Assembly (NCBI GenBank): GCA_965112735.1
Contig: OZ218953.1
Coordinates: forward strand, 4,774,001-4,838,000
Direction of reading: 5' to 3'
Length of the DNA: 64,000 bases
Source: Phaeosaccion multiseriatum
Lineage: Eukaryota; Protista; Ochrophyta, other classes
The notes under the pieces are model-generated. The model was given only the letters and a program-made list of their open reading frames with translations, was not told the origin of the DNA and did no database searches. The position numbers and the translations under genes are program-made. The number at the start of each line of letters is the position of its first letter. Position 1 is the stretch's first letter. Of this stretch, positions 1 through 11,430 are shown piece after piece.

Positions 1-3000
1 CCTCGTCGTCTACTGATGTACCACCAGCGGCTGCAGCTGCTAATGCCGCCGCTGCTGCTGCCTTGCCCTTGGCGCTGAAGAGGCCCGCCCCGCCCCTGCC
101 GCCACTCGCACTCCCACTCGTAGTGCCAGTGCCGGGACTAGAGCGATGATCTTGAGGGGAGCCTGCCCGAAGGGAGCCCTGCTGCTGCCCCCCCAGCAGA
201 GTCTGTGTCTGCTGCTGCCAGGCCGTCGTCGGAGAAGAAGCATGCTGGTGCTGGACGCCCCCCCGAGGACTGAGGTTGCGCGGAGTGAAGCTGCCCGTCC
301 CTGTCCCAGTGGGAGAGCCCACGGGAGTGTAGGAGGGGTCGCTCAGGATCATCATCATCGCCTTGAAGGGGAGGAGGGGGGGAGGGAGGAAGGGAGGGAG
401 GGAGGGAGGGAGGGAGGGAGGGAGGGAGGGAGGGAGGGAGGGAGGGAGGGAGGGAGGGAGGGAGGGAGGGAGGGAGGAGGGGGACCAGAGAAATGGTACG
501 GGATAGGTAAGTACAACGAGAGGAGAGGGGTGTGATGAGCCAAGAGAAGGAGGGAGAGAGAAGAGCAAGACTGAGAGAGAGCGGGCACCAGAGAGAGAAA
601 GGGAGCGAGAGCGCGCGAGAGAGCGAGAGAGGGAGGAGGGAGAGAGGAGGGAGAGAGAGAGACACACAGGAGTGCACCAGCAGTCCCTCGTGATATACCT
701 GCTTCTCTGGGTCGCTGTCTCTCCAGCAGCGGCAGAAAACGGTGCAACTCATGATGCTCATGCACATGGTGCTGAGAAAGAGCAGGGCCATCATGCACAT
801 GGTGGCCAAGTTGTACTCCGGAGCATTGCAGTAACTCACAACATCGTCGTCAACACAGCAGGCCTCCACGCGGGAGGTGCACAAGTTGCTTTGCTGGCAG
901 TTGTCCTGTTTCCAGGTACCGCGAGGGAGGAAGGAGGGAGGGAGGATAAGACGCCCAAGGGGAGGAGGGACAGCCACGGCCCGATGCTAGTCCGTATGTT
1001 GCCGTCGGCCTGGCTGGCCGACGAACTGACTTCCTGAGTGCTTGCTTCCTTCGTTTCTTCCTTCATTCTTCCTTGCTTGCTTGCTTCTTGCTTGCCGGCT
1101 TCTTTCGTTCCTTCCTTCCTTCCTTCCTTCCTTCCTTCCTTCCTTCCTTCGTTCCTTCCTTCCTTCCTCGCTTCCTCGATCCCTCCTTCCCTCCCTCCTC
1201 CCTTCCTCCCTCCCTCCCCCTTCCCTCCTTCCATCCTTCCTTCTTCCCCTCCCTCCCTCCCTCCTTCCTTCCTTCCTTCCTCTCTCCCTCCCTCCCTTAG
1301 TGACACACCTCTAGGACGGCGCAACAGCCCGTGACGTAGTCTAGATCGAGCACGACGACGACGAGGCAGCCTCCAGTCACCAGCGTGCTCACGAAGGAGG
1401 CGAGCAGCGTGCAGCTGATGCCCGACCGCCCTACCTTGGCCGCGATGGAGTAGGCCGCGCAGGGCTGCGTCATCCATAGAATGATGGCTTTGGAGGGGGG
1501 CAAGGCGGGAGAATGGGAAGGCAAAAGGGTAGGGAGGCAGTGAAGCAGGGGGGGGAGGGTTCAGGGACTGTTGCCAAATTGTGCGCGAGGTGCTGCGGTT
1601 TGATTTCGTCAGTTACGTTCAGAGTTGTCAGGTATTGACAGTACATGTACACAACAACTCTTGACATCAATTGCCACCTGATACCTGCGATAAGGCCGCT
1701 GTTGAGGATGCTGAGTGCAGCGCTCTCCATCTCACTGGAGGGGCAGCGCGAGTCGTACATGGGGCTGTCCACACTCAGCAGAGAGCGCAGGGCACGCCGC
1801 CGCTCGCTGCCAGTGAAGAGCTGCAGCAGATAGTGATACACGGGGGGGGGGGGGGGGAGAAGGAGGAGGAGAAGGAGGAGAAGGAGCGGTGAGCGATGGC
1901 GTGGTGTGCGGTTGTAGCTTCCTTCTCCCTCCTTCTCCCGCTGCAGCTTCTTCCCTCTCCCTCCTGCCGTCTCTCCCCGTTTGCTTGCCCCTTCTCTAAC
2001 TCTCCTTTGCTACCTCCCTCCTAGTCGTACGGTGCCTCCCCACATCTTCGCCCACCCACAGAAGCACCTACTCACCCACCCTCTGTCCTGACACCCCTCA
2101 CCCACCCTCTATCCTCTACCCTTACAACTGTGACACCCCTGTCCTGACACAACCCACCTGGTCAGCCGTCCCAATGTGTCCCGGATAGCTCGGGCCGGCG
2201 ATGTAGAGCACGGCCATGACTGTGGCTAGCACCAAGTTCACGTACATCATGTTGGTCAACACGTGACTGCGCACGTCGCGACGGCGGTTCCGGGTCATGT
2301 ATCTGGACGGGCAGGAGGAGGCATGGAGGGCCAAGAAACAAGAGAGAGAGAGGGCGGAGAGAGAGAAGAGAGAGGCACAGGTGGGGGTGACGAGGGACAC
2401 GGGACGCGCAGAGCGAAAAGCGGAGAAGTAGGAAGAGGAGACAGTAGAGAGAGTGAGAGAGAGAGCATGCAGTGGGTGCAGAAGAGGAAGGGGTGGCGAG
2501 AGTCGCATAACGAGAGTCCCGAAGCATGAGAGCGTCAAGATGTGCCAGGCAGTGGCAGTGCCGGTTTCGACAGTACTCTTCATCGAGCCCCACGACACTT
2601 GCCAGCCAATGCCACTGCCGGTGGTGTGTCCTACACTTCCATCTTTCTTCTCGGCTCTTTGCCGACGCGAGACTCTCACCTCTGAGAGGCCGGGGAGACG
2701 GGAGGGTTCACGCCCACTATGCTGAGGGCCGAGTTAGGGGACATCTGCGAAGGAAGGAGGAGGAGGGGGGGACAAGAGACGAAGCCAAGGCCAAAGCGGC
2801 GGTGGGGTGTGGCGGTGTGAGGGGGTTAGAGGAGTTGAGGGAACACATCACCCATCACCCAAGACCCATGCTCTCGCGACCTGCACCGATGGACACGAGA
2901 CTTAAGAGCAAGGCTCTGCCTCACTACCTGCCTGCCTGCCTGCCTGCCCTTCTCACCTCCCTCCACTTGGGCGCCTCTCCCGGCCGAGTGGGCGTGATTT

Positions 3001-4054
3001 CGATGGACAGCTTGTTGGTGTTCTTCATCCTGCTTGCCGTCCCACCGCCCCCCCCCTTATTGGCCGGGCGGGGGGTGGTCCTCCGCGACGACGAAGGCAC
3101 TGGCCTCGGCATGGTGCGTGCCCCACTACTTTTTGACCCTTTACCTCCTCCTCTGGGGGACATTTCGGGCGTTTTGTGCTCATCCGCACCCGGCTGTGGC
3201 GACCTGGTCATCATGTGGTGTAGCCTTGCCTGCCCTGCCAGCTCTGAAGACCTCCTCCTCTGTCTTCCCCCGAGGCCTTCCTCGTGCTGCAGCAGCCCCT
3301 GCTGCTGGTGTTCAATGTCCTCTTGCGGTCTGTGCGAAACAAAAGATCGCCGCAGCCACGGAGAAACGTCCGTACCAAACGAAGTCTTTCTCTCACTACC
3401 ACCACGATCCCCACCAAGAGCCGCAGCCGCAGCCGCCGCGCCAGGAGCCGCAAAGCTCAGACTGCTTTCCGCGTCCTCCTCTTCTCCTTCAGAGGCACCG
3501 GCGGGGCACACGTGAATCTTCCGAAGAGAGACTGAGGAAGATCGCCGACGCCTGCTGCGGTCGCCAAAGCCAAAGTCCCAGCTGCTCCGCCTGCTGCTAC
3601 TCGGGCTGTTGGCGCCGGGAAGGTTTGCTTGGTTGTGGGCACCTTGCTCGCCTTGCTCGAGATCGGGTTGCAGGGGGCTGATCGAGGCGGCGCTGCCAAT
3701 GGACACGCGCCTTCCACCGCTTACACGGGGGCTTCCACTTCCACTACTGGTGATGTTGTGATTATAGCTTGCGTCACGGCTGCGCCTCCTCTGCTCTTGC
3801 TGGTGCTGCTCCTGCTGGTGCTGCTGCTGGTACTGCTCCTCCTGCTGCCGCTGCGGGTGAGGCTGCACCCGGGAGGAACTGCTGCTGCTGCGCCGTCGAG
3901 CTGGCTGTGTAATTCCACCTGCTGGCGAACTTCTTCGCCCCTCTCTGCCTCGTCTGAGCGCTATTCCTGCCCCTGTTTCTCCTGCCGCTGCTCCTCTCTC
4001 TGCTGCCTCCGCTGCTGCTATTACTCCAGGAGATATGGCTCTTGCATTCACCAT
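1..4054 (-). CDS. Multi-exon hypothetical membrane protein (long disordered N-terminus, several hydrophobic helices, Cys-rich loop); may continue past the window start
   Basis: Large first exon (ORF 2924-4054) followed by GT-AG bounded coding-like segments: MMYVNLVLATVMAVLYIAG (~2160-2300), CTLLASFVSTLVTGGCLVVVVL (~1310-1490), NLATMCMMALLFLSTMCMSIMSC (~700-915). No family recognised. Confidence 0.6.
381..478. repeat. (GGGA)n microsatellite in an intron
   Basis: Direct reading; many consecutive GGGA units. Confidence 0.95.
1040..1297. repeat. (TTCC)n/(TCCC)n low-complexity tract in an intron
   Basis: Direct reading. Confidence 0.9.
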
Positions 4055-4441
4055 GAAGGTCGCCCCATTATCGCCTCACACACCCCCTCTCTCGCTGCAG
4101 TATGCAAAGTAATGGAAAGCTAAAGCGAGCGACTAACAGCTGCAGCCGTGGGCAAGAGGAAGTCCTTCGGTTTCATTTCAAGGATCGAAAGGTTTGCGTT
4201 TCAGGTCATTTTTGCTCATTTTTTTCACCTGATTTTCGTGCACACATCCACTTGTGGGTGGTCACATTCATGGGTTGGCCGCTTACTCTTGCCAGCACGC
4301 AGGGCCAGTGTAAGTTATGGTTCCGCTAAACACAGTACAGTATATATTTTTTAAGAAATGAGGCCGCAGCCCGTCCTCCTGGTGGCTCCTCCCCATCCAC
4401 TATCCCATCCACTATATTGCGTCCTCCGACCACCTCCCGCC

Positions 4442-6231
4442 TCATGCGTCTCCCTTTTTTATCATGCCCGACTTGATGGCGAAGGGGAAGATGCCTCCCG
4501 CATTGATGACGGGCCCCGCGTCCCCGAGGGAGTTGAGGCTGTACGTCTCCCCGGTGGTGGTGTTGACGATGGTGTCCTTCTCGAGGTCCACAGTCACTTC
4601 GTCGCCAGTGGTGAACTTCTCCACCAGTCTAACAGGCGTCTCGTAGGGGTACAGCTAGAGAGGGTAGGAAAAGCAACAACGGAGGGAGGGAGGGAGGGAG
4701 GGAGGGAGGGAGGGAGGGAGGGAGGGAGGGACGGAGTGAGGCAAGACTTCGCTCAGATGGACAGGACAAGAGCACTTGGCGAAACTTTCTGTCCCCCCCA
4801 CCCGCTGGCCCTTCCTTGGAAGTCCCTGTAGCACGGGCAGCAGTGACAAGCATAAAGAAGTATTCCCACACGCACACACACGCTGACAGTACAACATACA
4901 AGCAGTAGCAGCAGCAGCATCACTCAGAAAGTAGTGATTCTCACCTCTCCCGTGGCGATGCAGTTCCTAAAGAAGATCCTGGCGTAGGACTCGGCCACCA
5001 CGACTCGGTTTCCACACGCCCCCATGGCGATAGGCGCGTGCTCCCTCGAGGAGCCGCAGCCGAAGTTGTCTCCGGCGATGACGATCGGGTAGGGCGTCTT
5101 CACCTCTCCCTCAGGGACTGGGGCAGGGCAGTACAAGTAGCGAGGGAGAGCGAGAGGGCGGGGTCAGAGGTGATCCGCATCGAAAAGAGCAACAGAGCAC
5201 GCTCTCTGCTGCTCTCTGAGTGCCCCTTCTCATGGCCCTGCAAGGCTCGCTTCGGCTTGGCTCCGGCTTGGCTTCGGCTTGGCTTCGGCCGGCCTGTCTG
5301 TTCCACAAGGCTTCCATTTCCTCGACGACAGCCAATCCCCCCCCGCCACCCGCACCCCCAACCGCCCGTGATCAGAGTGGATCCCTCCTCTCCAAAGCCC
5401 AAGAGGCCCGGCAGTCCCCACAACGCCCGACCGATGCAAGAGGGCCCCGCTGCCCTGTCCCTTGCATTTCCCCCTCTCCCTCTCTCCCAATTATACTCGC
5501 CATATTTAGTGGGGTACTCCTTGGCGGGCAGCCCGATGAGGGCGAAGGCTCCTAACTTCTCGTACTCGTCGGGCTGTAAGTGGGAGAAGGGACGGTCAGC
5601 CGCAGCGCGGCGGCAACGAGACGAGACGGGAAAAAAAGAGTAGCTGAGGCCAGGCCAGCGGGAAGCATGCCCAGCACAGCTGGCTGCAGTTGGATTTCTC
5701 GGCCCTTCCTGGCCCTCGTACCTTGGTGGGCACCAGCGTGAGGTACTCGGCGGGGATGATCTGATCCGTGTCGATGTTGTCCTTGACCACGTAGCACTTG
5801 CCCGAGTAGGAGGTGGGTCGGTCTCGGAACTTGGGCATCTCCTTCTCACGAGGGTCCATGTCGTCTGCCCCTGCCTGCAGCACGACTCCTCTTGGGGCTG
5901 TCGTCACTGCTGGGGATGTCCGTGACCGTTTGCAGGATCGCTCCTAAAGGAAAGAGGTGGGTAAGAGAGAGGGGAGCCAAACATGGTGGGCTGGAGGGAT
6001 CATGTTTCCATGCGCTTCACGCGTACAGCCGTCTCATAAGCAGAGCAGAGCACACGGATTGCACTCCTGGCGCATTCAAGGCATCCACCCCTTTTCCTCT
6101 TACATACCCCTCATCACGAGACCCACCTGCGCCCCTGGACGAGGAGCGCCGCCCAGCGTGGTGGAGGGCATGAAGGCCGCACATTGATGCAGCACAGCCA
6201 CAAGGCCGCATATTGACGCAAGCCCGCGCAT
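4442..6231 (-). CDS. leuD: 3-isopropylmalate dehydratase small subunit, plastid-targeted, multi-exon
   Basis: Exons give [47 protein letters not shown] and a C-terminal INAGGIF. The first exon [22 protein letters not shown] is a signal peptide with an ASAFAP-type motif. Confidence 0.95.
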
Positions 6232-6406
6232 CTTCCTCTTCTGTCTCTGCTTTCTGGTCCCCTCCTTCTTTTATTTGGGGTTTGATTTCTTGTTGGTTAA
6301 GAGCTTTCCTCCTGGCTGAGAGAGGAGCCCCGTCTGGTGCCATCGACCCAAGGGGGATTCGTATACCAACAAGACGACAATAATAGTAAAATAGTCATCG
6401 AATAAT

Positions 6407-6862
6407 GCCTAGCGGTTTTGCTCTAGGCCACTAGGGATTCGGCCGAACTAGGCCTAGCCCGGCGGCCTCCGGCCGCTCTAGGCCGCTCACTTTTCAGTCC
6501 TAGGCGGCCTATATAGCCCGCCTCTAGGCAGCCTCCCAGTGACCGTGGGCGCGTGCGTGGTGCCGCCCAGCCAGTGGGTAGCAGCACACCTGTCTGCACT
6601 CCTCGTAGGGCCAGCGAGGCGTAAGAGACAACACGAACCAAGTCTACTCCTCACTTCCAATCCCATGCAATGAAACTGGTGACTACTCTTTGCACTCTGG
6701 GCACTCCCACCGTCCGCCTAGTTGGCTGGCGTCTGCCCTAGGCCGCGCGGGCCTCCGGCCCGCCTAGGCCGCCTAGCTAGGCGGCGGCATATAAATAGGC
6801 CGAGGGCCTACGGCCCTCGCTAGGCCGGGCAATTTTCCAAAATAGGCCTAGGCCGCTAGGCG
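6407..6862. repeat. CTAGGCC/GGCCTAG motif-rich element with loosely inverted ends (possible non-autonomous DNA element)
   Basis: More than 10 CTAG(G) motifs in two clusters (6407-6530, 6716-6862); the ends read gcctagcgg ... ccgctaggc. Confidence 0.5.
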
Positions 6863-6954
6863 TGCATGGGGCCGAGGAGCAATCAAATCTCTGATTCTCT
6901 TTTTCCTTCAGGCAGCTATTATAGCTTCGGCCGGCCCTGGTTGGCCAAAAATTT

Positions 6955-7043
6955 CCTGATTACTGATAACGGCCGGCGCAGCCGGCCTGATTACTGATTA
7001 TGACCGGCGCCAGCCGGCCTGATTACTGATTATGGCCGGCGCG
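6955..7043. repeat. Three tandem ~31-32 bp units (CCTGATTACTGAT...CCGGCGC.AGCCGG)
   Basis: Direct reading at 6955, 6986 and 7018. Confidence 0.9.
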
Positions 7044-7116
7044 CATATGGCCGAATAGCTAGTCCACGGCATGCGACTGGAGTCGCCTCTCCCCTCCCTT
7101 CCACCTTTTGGGGGGG

Positions 7117-7207
7117 TCGACCCCTGACACGCTATCCGCTATCCGCTATCAGCCGGTGGCCGATAGCGCGCTATCGAGAAAGTGGGCGATAGCGTGTCAG
7201 GGGTCGA
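7117..7207. mobile_element. 91 bp MITE-like element with perfect 20 bp terminal inverted repeats
   Basis: TCGACCCCTGACACGCTATC (7117-7136) and GATAGCGTGTCAGGGGTCGA (7188-7207); internal GCTATC/GATAGC repeats; flanked by G runs. Confidence 0.65.
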
Positions 7208-8121
7208 GGGGGGGGGGGTTGGACTGAATAAGCCTGGCGACAGGGCGCGACAGAACAGATAAGCGGGAGACGGAAGCACCGGGATGCTGTCTCCGCTCCC
7301 TTCCTTTGTCCCTAGGCCTAGGCACTATGGGTTTCCTGGCCCACTTGAATGGCCGCTTGCCCCTTTCTTTGTGTGCATCATGGACGACAGATCTGCCTGA
7401 GTCGAGGGAGAGTTCGAGAGTTTCCAGCGAGGCATGGCTGGATATGAGGATACGACACCGTGCAAGAGGGAAATCTCGCCCGCCAGGCCGCGTCGACCAA
7501 GAAGGAAACGCCTTTTGCTTGTAGCGTTCGCGACATCGCAGGAGGCCTTCCGGTCCACGAGAGTGTAAGGAGACAGTCGGCCCCTGACATGACATGAAAG
7601 AGTAAAGTCAGGCCAGCCAAGAAGCAGGAAGAGGCGCCAGAAGCAGGAAGCAGCCTTGGCCCTCATCATTGCCTTATTACATGGCTTTCCCCCAGAACCT
7701 GGAACCTGCCTGGCCGGCTGGCGCCGGCCAGAAGCAGGACGCAGGGTTCGCCTCAGGGGTGGTTTGGAAACTGAAACTGAAAGTGTGGGGGGAGGGAAGC
7801 GCAAATTTGAATTTTGTTGACATAGGAATAGAGCTGTTCTCTTCTCATCACAACTTCAAAATAAAAAAACAAAAGCAAAAAAAGGTGAGGCACAACCCTT
7901 CATGGGGGAGATATCGCCTAGAGTTATCGTGTGGGGGGGTCTGTCGCGTACGAGAGCGGAAATCGCCCCACCCCCCCTCCATCTCTTGAATTCTCTGCTT
8001 GCTTCAAGGGTTCTGTAGCTACGAGAGCCGCCCCTCCGCTGCCCGCTCCCTCTCCTTACTTCCCCCCTCTTTGCTCAACAATGTCCCCCGCCGGTAGCAG
8101 CCAGAGAAGAAGAAAAAGTTT

Positions 8122-10005
8122 ATGGTAGGCACTGTTGAGGACGACAAGAGACCTGATCGACGTCCCCACGACCCGTGGGACCCAGAGGAAGAAGACATGG
8201 ATGATGCACCCGTCGCCGTGTTTGGCGCCACGAGCCTCGTCGGTGGGGCACTAGTGCAGAGCCTGCTGGAGGCGGGGCACAAGGTCAGGTAGGTAATCTT
8301 ATCCAAAATTTATAGAGGGAAAATATATTGGTTGATGGGTAAACAAAGTTTTGTTTGGTGCAAAATTCTTAGGGCCGTGGCCCACTCTCTGCCCAAGGAG
8401 CACCACATGTTTCTAATGCAGTCGGGCAAGGCCGGACACAACCTCTCCATCTTTGAGGTCTGCCTGCTCAAATGCGGGTCGTGCGGCCAAGAGGAAGCCG
8501 ACCACACGGCCTGTCTTGGACTTGAAGAGGCCTTGAGAGGCTGTAAGACGGTGTACAACTGCGCTCTCTCGCGGTCGTATTGGGCGAGCATCCGCGAGGA
8601 GGACAGAGAGAAGGAATTGGTGGAGGAGCCAGTGGCGTCCAGCAACAACCTCGTGCGCTACTGCATTCGGGGCGACGTGCAGCGTCTCATCCTCTGCAGT
8701 CATGTGGACACGGTCATCGGCGCGCCGAGGCCGGACCAGCTGCTGCCGCATGGGCACCCCGGTCAGTCAGAAGTTTGGGGCTGGGGGGGCGGGGGGGTTG
8801 GGGAATGTGAGTGAGTGAGTCCTTGCGCTTCGAGTCTCGAGACAATTGTTGCTGAGCCCCACTTACTCTCCGTGGCCGCTCGTGACTCTCCATGGCTGTT
8901 CCCGTTCCTTGCTTGTGCCCTCAGGCTACGTCTTCTCGGAGAAGGACATGGCAGAGGGACAGCAGCTCCGCGACCAAGGCCACCTGCACACTCTCGGCCT
9001 GCTCCTCGCAGAGCGAGCGGCGCTCCAGCAGGCCCTACCCTCCTCTGTCCAGAGGCACTTCACGGTCAACGTGATGAACCTCGGCTGCGCGGTGGGGGAC
9101 CTCTGCGACGCCGCGGACAAGCTCACGAGCTTTACGAGGGACATGCTCCTGCCGCTCATGAAGGGTGAGGAGGCCTACATCCCGAGGGCCTTTGTGCCTG
9201 TGACGCACACCGTCGATGCCGTTGAGGCCCTCCACTTCCTCGCCAAGCAAAACGCGGAGTCCGGCAGGTGAGTGAGTGGGGACTGTGTCAATGGCCCAGG
9301 CGTGTGCATCGCGCAGAGTGTCTCACATATGCGCACGTGTGCCGTATGAAGAAAAACTGAAACCAACCATATGCTCTCAGGTACATCTGCGTGGGCGAGT
9401 GCCTGACGATGGCCAGTCTCTGCGACAGAATGCGGGTAAGAAGAGAATTACGTCGAGAGTGACGGCCTCACGCGCTGGCTGACTCAGAAGCGAAACTTGC
9501 TGGCGAGACAGAGTAGACCCCCAGCCTCGAATGTTCACATCTCAATGACTTTTTGCTTCCTCCCAGACGGCGCTTCCCGAGCACCTGCGCGAGGGCGTAC
9601 CTGTGTCCATGGCGAGGACGGGGGAGGACCAACACGTACTCAAGGTCAGCAACGACAAGCTGCAGGGCCTGGGCTTCGTCTTCTCCAAGACCGTCGAGGA
9701 CATGTGAGTGCTAGTGCTAGTGCAGGGTGTAAAGAAGGGGGGGGGGTCTTCGCTCCTTCCGCCCCCGCTGCCGCCTAACTGACATCATCTTCCATGTGCG
9801 TGCATTCTGCTCGCCCCCCCACCAACCCCCCCGCGCCAGGTTGGAGGACTTTGCCGGGAGTGCTATGAAGATGGGCCTGCTTCCAAAGGCCGGAGAGGGA
9901 AAGAAGGTCCCCGGCGGGCTGACGGCCGACGCCACTGCCGAGGAGGGAGTAGGTAAGATGCTCGAAGGGGGGGGGGAGGCACCCAAGGTCGCCCCTAGCG
10001 TCTAG
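8122..10005 (+). CDS. Extended SDR (cinnamoyl-CoA reductase/dihydroflavonol reductase-like) protein with degenerate catalytic motif, multi-exon
   Basis: VAVFGATSLVGGALVQSLLEAGHKVRA (Rossmann start), EEALRGCKTVYNCA, ELVEEPV, VQRLILCSH, LAERAA, HTVDAVEALH, SGRYIC, VSNDKLQGLG. Confidence 0.8.
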
Positions 10006-11430
10006 GCCAGTAAGCCAGCAACTTCATGAAGAGCCATGCGGTCAGGCCATCGGCAAGCCATCGGCAGGCAGAGCGGCCGGCGCTTGATTGGAGGGATTGG
10101 ACTGTGAATTGTTTTTTTTTGGGAGAAGGTTGTCCATCATGTTCCGCAGCGACGCACGGGATGGACGGGAGAGACGGGAGGGGGGTGTCGGTCACACTAA
10201 GAAAGAGGAAAACTATTTGGAGGAAGACAGACGCACACGCCACACGCACACGCAAGTCCGGCGGCGACGAGACAAGGGCAGGGGACGATACTCTATGGCT
10301 CGTTACGCATCGGCGGACGGCGGGAGGAGGAGACGCCAGGCATGCAACGACAGACGGGCGGTAGGCGGTGGGTCATCAATCGAGGGGAGGGAGGCCAAGC
10401 GAAGCAAGCCAGTACAATAACGAACAACAACCCAAAGGAGGAAAGATTAGTCCATAATGGCAGCGTTTGATGGCTGTGGGGGATGTTCCCTTCCACGCCT
10501 CAGCTCAAGAGGGCTCGGAAGCCTGTGTGAAGTGCCTAGAGCCGGCCAGCTGGCAGCTGACGCAGGCGGGAAGGGAAGCGAGGGGAGGGAGAGTAGAAGG
10601 CCGGATAGTAGTAGTAGATTGCCATGAAGTAGAATTCAATGCATTGTATTGACATATCGTGCCTTTATAAATTATCCTGCACGAATCAAGCTTGGCTCAC
10701 CGCCTTCGCTGAGGCGGATGGAAGGCGATCGGGTCACGAAAGCGCAAGTCCAAGTCCCGAGATACCAGCATCAGCAGAGCCTCCCTGGCCCGCCCTCCAC
10801 GCGCATGCACGCTCGCAGCGCCTTCCGTCCGCGCCTCTTTTTCTCACTCGCCACCACCATGCCCTCTTCCAGCACCACCCACTCCTCCTTCTGCTTGTCG
10901 TCATCAGCATCTTCCCCTCTGCTGCTCCTGAGCGATAGCGGTGGTAGGCAGCCAGCCAGCCAGACACAAAGCCTCGGATCGTGCTCTCGCTCCACGCTGG
11001 CCCACTTCATTTTGTGCGCACAGTGGGGTGTGGTAGCAGCAGCATCTTACTCCGGCCTACAGTCATCACTACGCCATTCGACAGGTCGCTCCCCGCTCCG
11101 ACGGCCGCGGCAGGAGGCTGTCGCCGCATCTGCCCCACCATCGTCAAGCAGCCCTCTCCACAGACCACTGGGCAGCTGAATATAGTCCCCAACCTCCACC
11201 CCCCCCCCAAAAAGCAAACCTACTGCAGTGTCCTCCTCCGCTGCTGCATTCCCTTCGTCCTGTCTCTCCTCTGCCTCAATTGAAGGCGGAGACTTTGCCC
11301 TCTTCCTTCCTATCCCATTGGTCTCAGTCGGTGTTCCTCTCCTGTGTCCACGCCCACGCCGGGAAATCACCTCTTTCGCTCAGCTTCGTGGCGAATGCAA
11401 AGCCCTCCCTGCCGTGCATGCTTCTCATTC

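Noticed and set aside
1038-1334. PSFL/PPSL/GGRE-repeat ORFs here and elsewhere
   Set aside because: These are translations of intronic microsatellites.
10467-11370. Short ORFs between the SDR gene and the retroelement
   Set aside because: No recognisable motif or consistent exon chain. A small gene cannot be excluded.
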